A DNA stretch of 63,568 nucleotides, filler included, from Octopus bimaculoides (lineage: Eukaryota), in NCBI RefSeq assembly GCF_001194135.2. It is 4 parts of 3 records of this genome, joined end to end, with 100 filler letters (N's around TTAATTAATTAA, not from the genome) between each part and the next. Parts side by side here need not be neighbours in the genome. Positions count along the whole stretch, not along the records: positions 59,197 to 63,568 come from NC_069002.1; 3 more parts are not named here. One strand, 5' to 3'. The position numbers and the translations under genes are program-made. Shown piece by piece: positions 60,046 to 63,568 of the stretch (positions are counted from its first letter, which is position 1; each line of letters starts with the position of its first letter). Under the pieces are notes generated by a model. The model was not told where the DNA came from. It was given only the letters and a program-made list of their open reading frames with translations, and ran no database searches.

Positions 60046-60230
60046 TTTTTCTATTATAGGCACAAAGCCTAAAATTTTGGAGAAGGGAGCCAGTCGATTA
60101 AATCTGCCCTTGTACGCAACAGGTACTTATTTTATAGAATCCGAAAGGATAAGTCGACCTTAGCTGCATTTGAACTCAGAACAAGAAAACAGAAGAAATA
60201 ACGCTAAGCATTTCCCCTGGCCTGCTAACG
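60046..60230 (-). mobile_element. S2 SINE, degenerate
   Basis: Reverse complement S2 modules. Confidence 0.75.
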
Positions 60231-60255
60231 ATATATACATATGCAAACACACACG

Positions 60256-60295
<40 letters not shown>

Positions 60296-61204
60296 ATATA
60301 TACATATATGATATATAATATAAATATATATGATATATGCGTATATGAGCATACATAAAAATATATGTGCATGTACATCCCCTCAGAGCACACATTCACA
60401 CACACACACACACACACATACTACGCTCTATTGAAAGAATACAGTAAAATACATACTTCGTGGATATATGTAGCTTTGTCTCGCATGGAATCACGTACAG
60501 CCCTCGACTTCCACTCTCCAGTGTCTAAAATTATAATAAATATCAAACCAGCTGCATCAGAAATTCTCTCCCGTCTATTGCACTGATTACTTCAGTACTC
60601 CTGCGCCTTGGCGCCAAAATGTATCTTGCTATCGTGTCGTTCTTCATTACAAGCGATAGCAGTAATATCAAATCTTTCAGAATAATACGCCTTGTGACTT
60701 ATTGGTAAAACCTCAGAGTAGGTAAAAGAATAAATTGAACTAAATATTTTAAGAATCTTTCTAATTACATTCAAATTCCATCTTTGTTAAATTAGATTTT
60801 ACTACGAAATGCAAAACAACTGTGCAAACTTTGTATCTATGTTATATTTCTCCAGGCAAAACACTGAAATGTTACAAAGTTTAAATGTTCTTAACATTTA
60901 CTGTAATCTTCCATTAGTGTTGCAAACTTTTGTAGTGCTTTCAGCAATTTGTCTATTTAAAACCAGAAAGCGGATTCCAAGAATATGATCCGAATATCTC
61001 GATCAATTGACACTATTAAAGAAAGTAAATAAAGATGGTAGGAAACATCATAATTTACGCATTCAGGTAGATCATCTTTTTATACCTTTTTATACACAAA
61101 ATAGAAAATATATATACCTGTACATGCATACACATATATGTATGTCTATCTCTCTCCCTCTCTCTCCCTCTCTCTCCCTCTCTCTCTCTCTCTCTTTATA
61201 TATA

Positions 61205-61355
<151 letters not shown>

Positions 61356-61648
61356 GTGTATATTTATGTATGTGTATATGTAAATGTGGGTCACTTCAGA
61401 AATGTATACACACGTGGGCTGCTGGCGATTTTCCTTCCTCTTTGAACTTTATCTTTTCTCCCTTCGAAGGAGCCATCCTCAAAACGTTAAAAAAATCTCT
61501 CCTCTCACCCAGCGTCAGACTTATATAATCCTTGTGCACGTCCTCACGTTCGGTTTTCTCTCTTTTTATTCTTTTCGTTTTGTATCAGCTTTTTTTAACT
61601 GTTTGTTCGTTGAATTGACTAATGTATATACATATATATATATACACA

Positions 61649-61752
<104 letters not shown>

Positions 61753-63568
61753 CAGAGAGAGCGAGAGGCAGACAGACAGAGACGGAAACAGAATGAGATA
61801 AAAATATAGATAGATAGATAAAAAGACAGGCACGTTTATACATACATACATGCATCCATTCATCCATCATTCATACATACATACATATATACAGTTCGTT
61901 TTTAGCGGAAACGACTGCTTGTGATAGACGTTAAATTTGTATATCTCTCTCTTAGAATGGGAGAGATAAGAAATATAGGAAGCTATATATAATGCGAATT
62001 AGGTAAGGAAGGATAGAATGAATATAAGAGAGGGAGAGAGATTCGCTTGTTTTGATCTACCGTTTATGTTTACTCATGTGTGAACACTAAATCATAAGAT
62101 GTGACAGATTACATTGGAAATCTGTCAGATCTCAAAACTTCACACTTGGAAACCCGAACTCCTTGACCATATCTAACTCGCTGAAGATAATTGCTAATTT
62201 GTAATCAGAACCATTGTCTCGCTGAAAATTCTATATTACATTATAAAATCCTCTTCACACTTCAAATTTCTGATTTCATTATATCGTTCAACTCATTTCT
62301 CTCATAAATAATAACAGAAAAAAATTACGTACACACAGTCTTGAAGGAAAAGCGTGAAACCGATGGTGTGCATCAGGAAAATAATAGATATAACCTCTAT
62401 TTTTCCGCAAATGAAGACTGGAAAGTTAGAAAGATGTGAAATTATAAAAGTATAGATGAGGCAGTGAAAACGTCTGTTCGTTCTGTTTGATAAAGCAACC
62501 GATTATCGCTCATACCGCACATTATAATATTTTTAAAAAATAAAGAAAACGGTAAATAATGTATTGAGGTAGATCTTGAGTTTCTTCGAATAATATACAG
62601 GGTAAAAACCGGTTGGGGTGGGTTATTATTCCCTAATGAATTTAGTGGGCATTGATTTAAGGGTTGAAATGGACCCTTTGAAATAGAACCAAGGTACATT
62701 TCATGATGCTAAGATATATATTCATGAGAAAATGTACAAAATATATGCTACACTCAGCTCAATAGCAAATGGATGCCATCATTTTTCAAAGATTTATTTC
62801 TCGTTTCTTCTTTGGTTATTTCCATGTATATACATGGAAAGGTAATGTATGAAACATTAATAAGTATACCAATAAATTAACGGTAATTAGCAGCTCAATT
62901 CCTTATAGGTCGGTAAACATCAACCAAAATAGATAGGAACGGGCAGTAACTGGAAACACTCTATGGTACACGTATCATGTTTTCCTAAAGCTTGTTTAGA
63001 GGCGTGGAACAAAAGTACGTCGAAAATAGTCGACTTATATACCCCGTAAGATTCGTTTTCAGAAAATGCATATGATGAAACCGATGATCATAACCGAGCA
63101 TTAAAAAGAACACACTCTCCTGAAAGTCAAAGAACAAGCAACAAACAAGGACTAGTAGTAGCTCATAAAAGTCACGTTTAAAATAATGTTTATATTCACC
63201 GTGATTCATCGCTCATCGAATATCTCTACTGAACTGGACTGTAAAGGACACGCAACAGAAAAAATGTTCTAATCTAAATTTTTTTTTTCCTAGCTTGTAC
63301 TTTCCAGTGATATCGCAGGTGGATGTCAGTACAGGAGAATGATTATCGACATAAAATATAAAAACGTCAGAATGAATACTAATGCGTAGAAAAGCGAAAG
63401 GAAGTGGCCAGACTGAGAGGGATAACAAAGAGAGAGGTTGATATACAGAGAGAGAAAAAGTGAGAGAGAGAAAGAGAGAGAAATCGACAGAGAGATATTG
63501 GGAGAGACACAGAATCAGTCAGACAGACCAGATGACAGCGATAACGAAACAGAAGAGAGCTATATATA

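Noticed and set aside
62181-62215. CTGAAGA followed by an ATTGC/GTAAT stem
   Set aside because: No GAAA or stem I complement; consistent with chance in AT-rich DNA.

Overview
AT-rich, microsatellite-dense eukaryotic DNA with many assembly gaps. The SINE, MITE and Penelope families look like those I recall from Octopus genomes; this organism call is recognition, not a database result. I find no supportable host protein-coding gene, rRNA, intact tRNA or CRISPR array. Almost every ORF in the track is a translation of a microsatellite, an N-gap or a decayed transposon, so the window is probably intronic or intergenic. It contains several tRNA-derived SINE families (about 30 copies or fragments). 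It also holds relics of CR1, Tx1/L1, RTE, R4-type (RLE) and Penelope-like retroelements, four different Tc1/mariner-superfamily relics, a Chapaev3-like relic, piggyBac- and pogo-type MITEs, a foldback element and a 176-bp solo LTR. The most interesting signal is a set of type-I hammerhead ribozyme (HHR) motifs. Three have intact cores (4541+, 28618-, 49852-), one is a core variant (47700-) and four are decayed or truncated (30749, 31690, 50111, 59224). One of them sits in a ~300-nt tandem unit that recurs 9.5 kb away, an architecture matching a non-LTR retrozyme (candidate self-cleaving, circular-RNA-producing element). All ribozyme calls are hand-folded, not tested.
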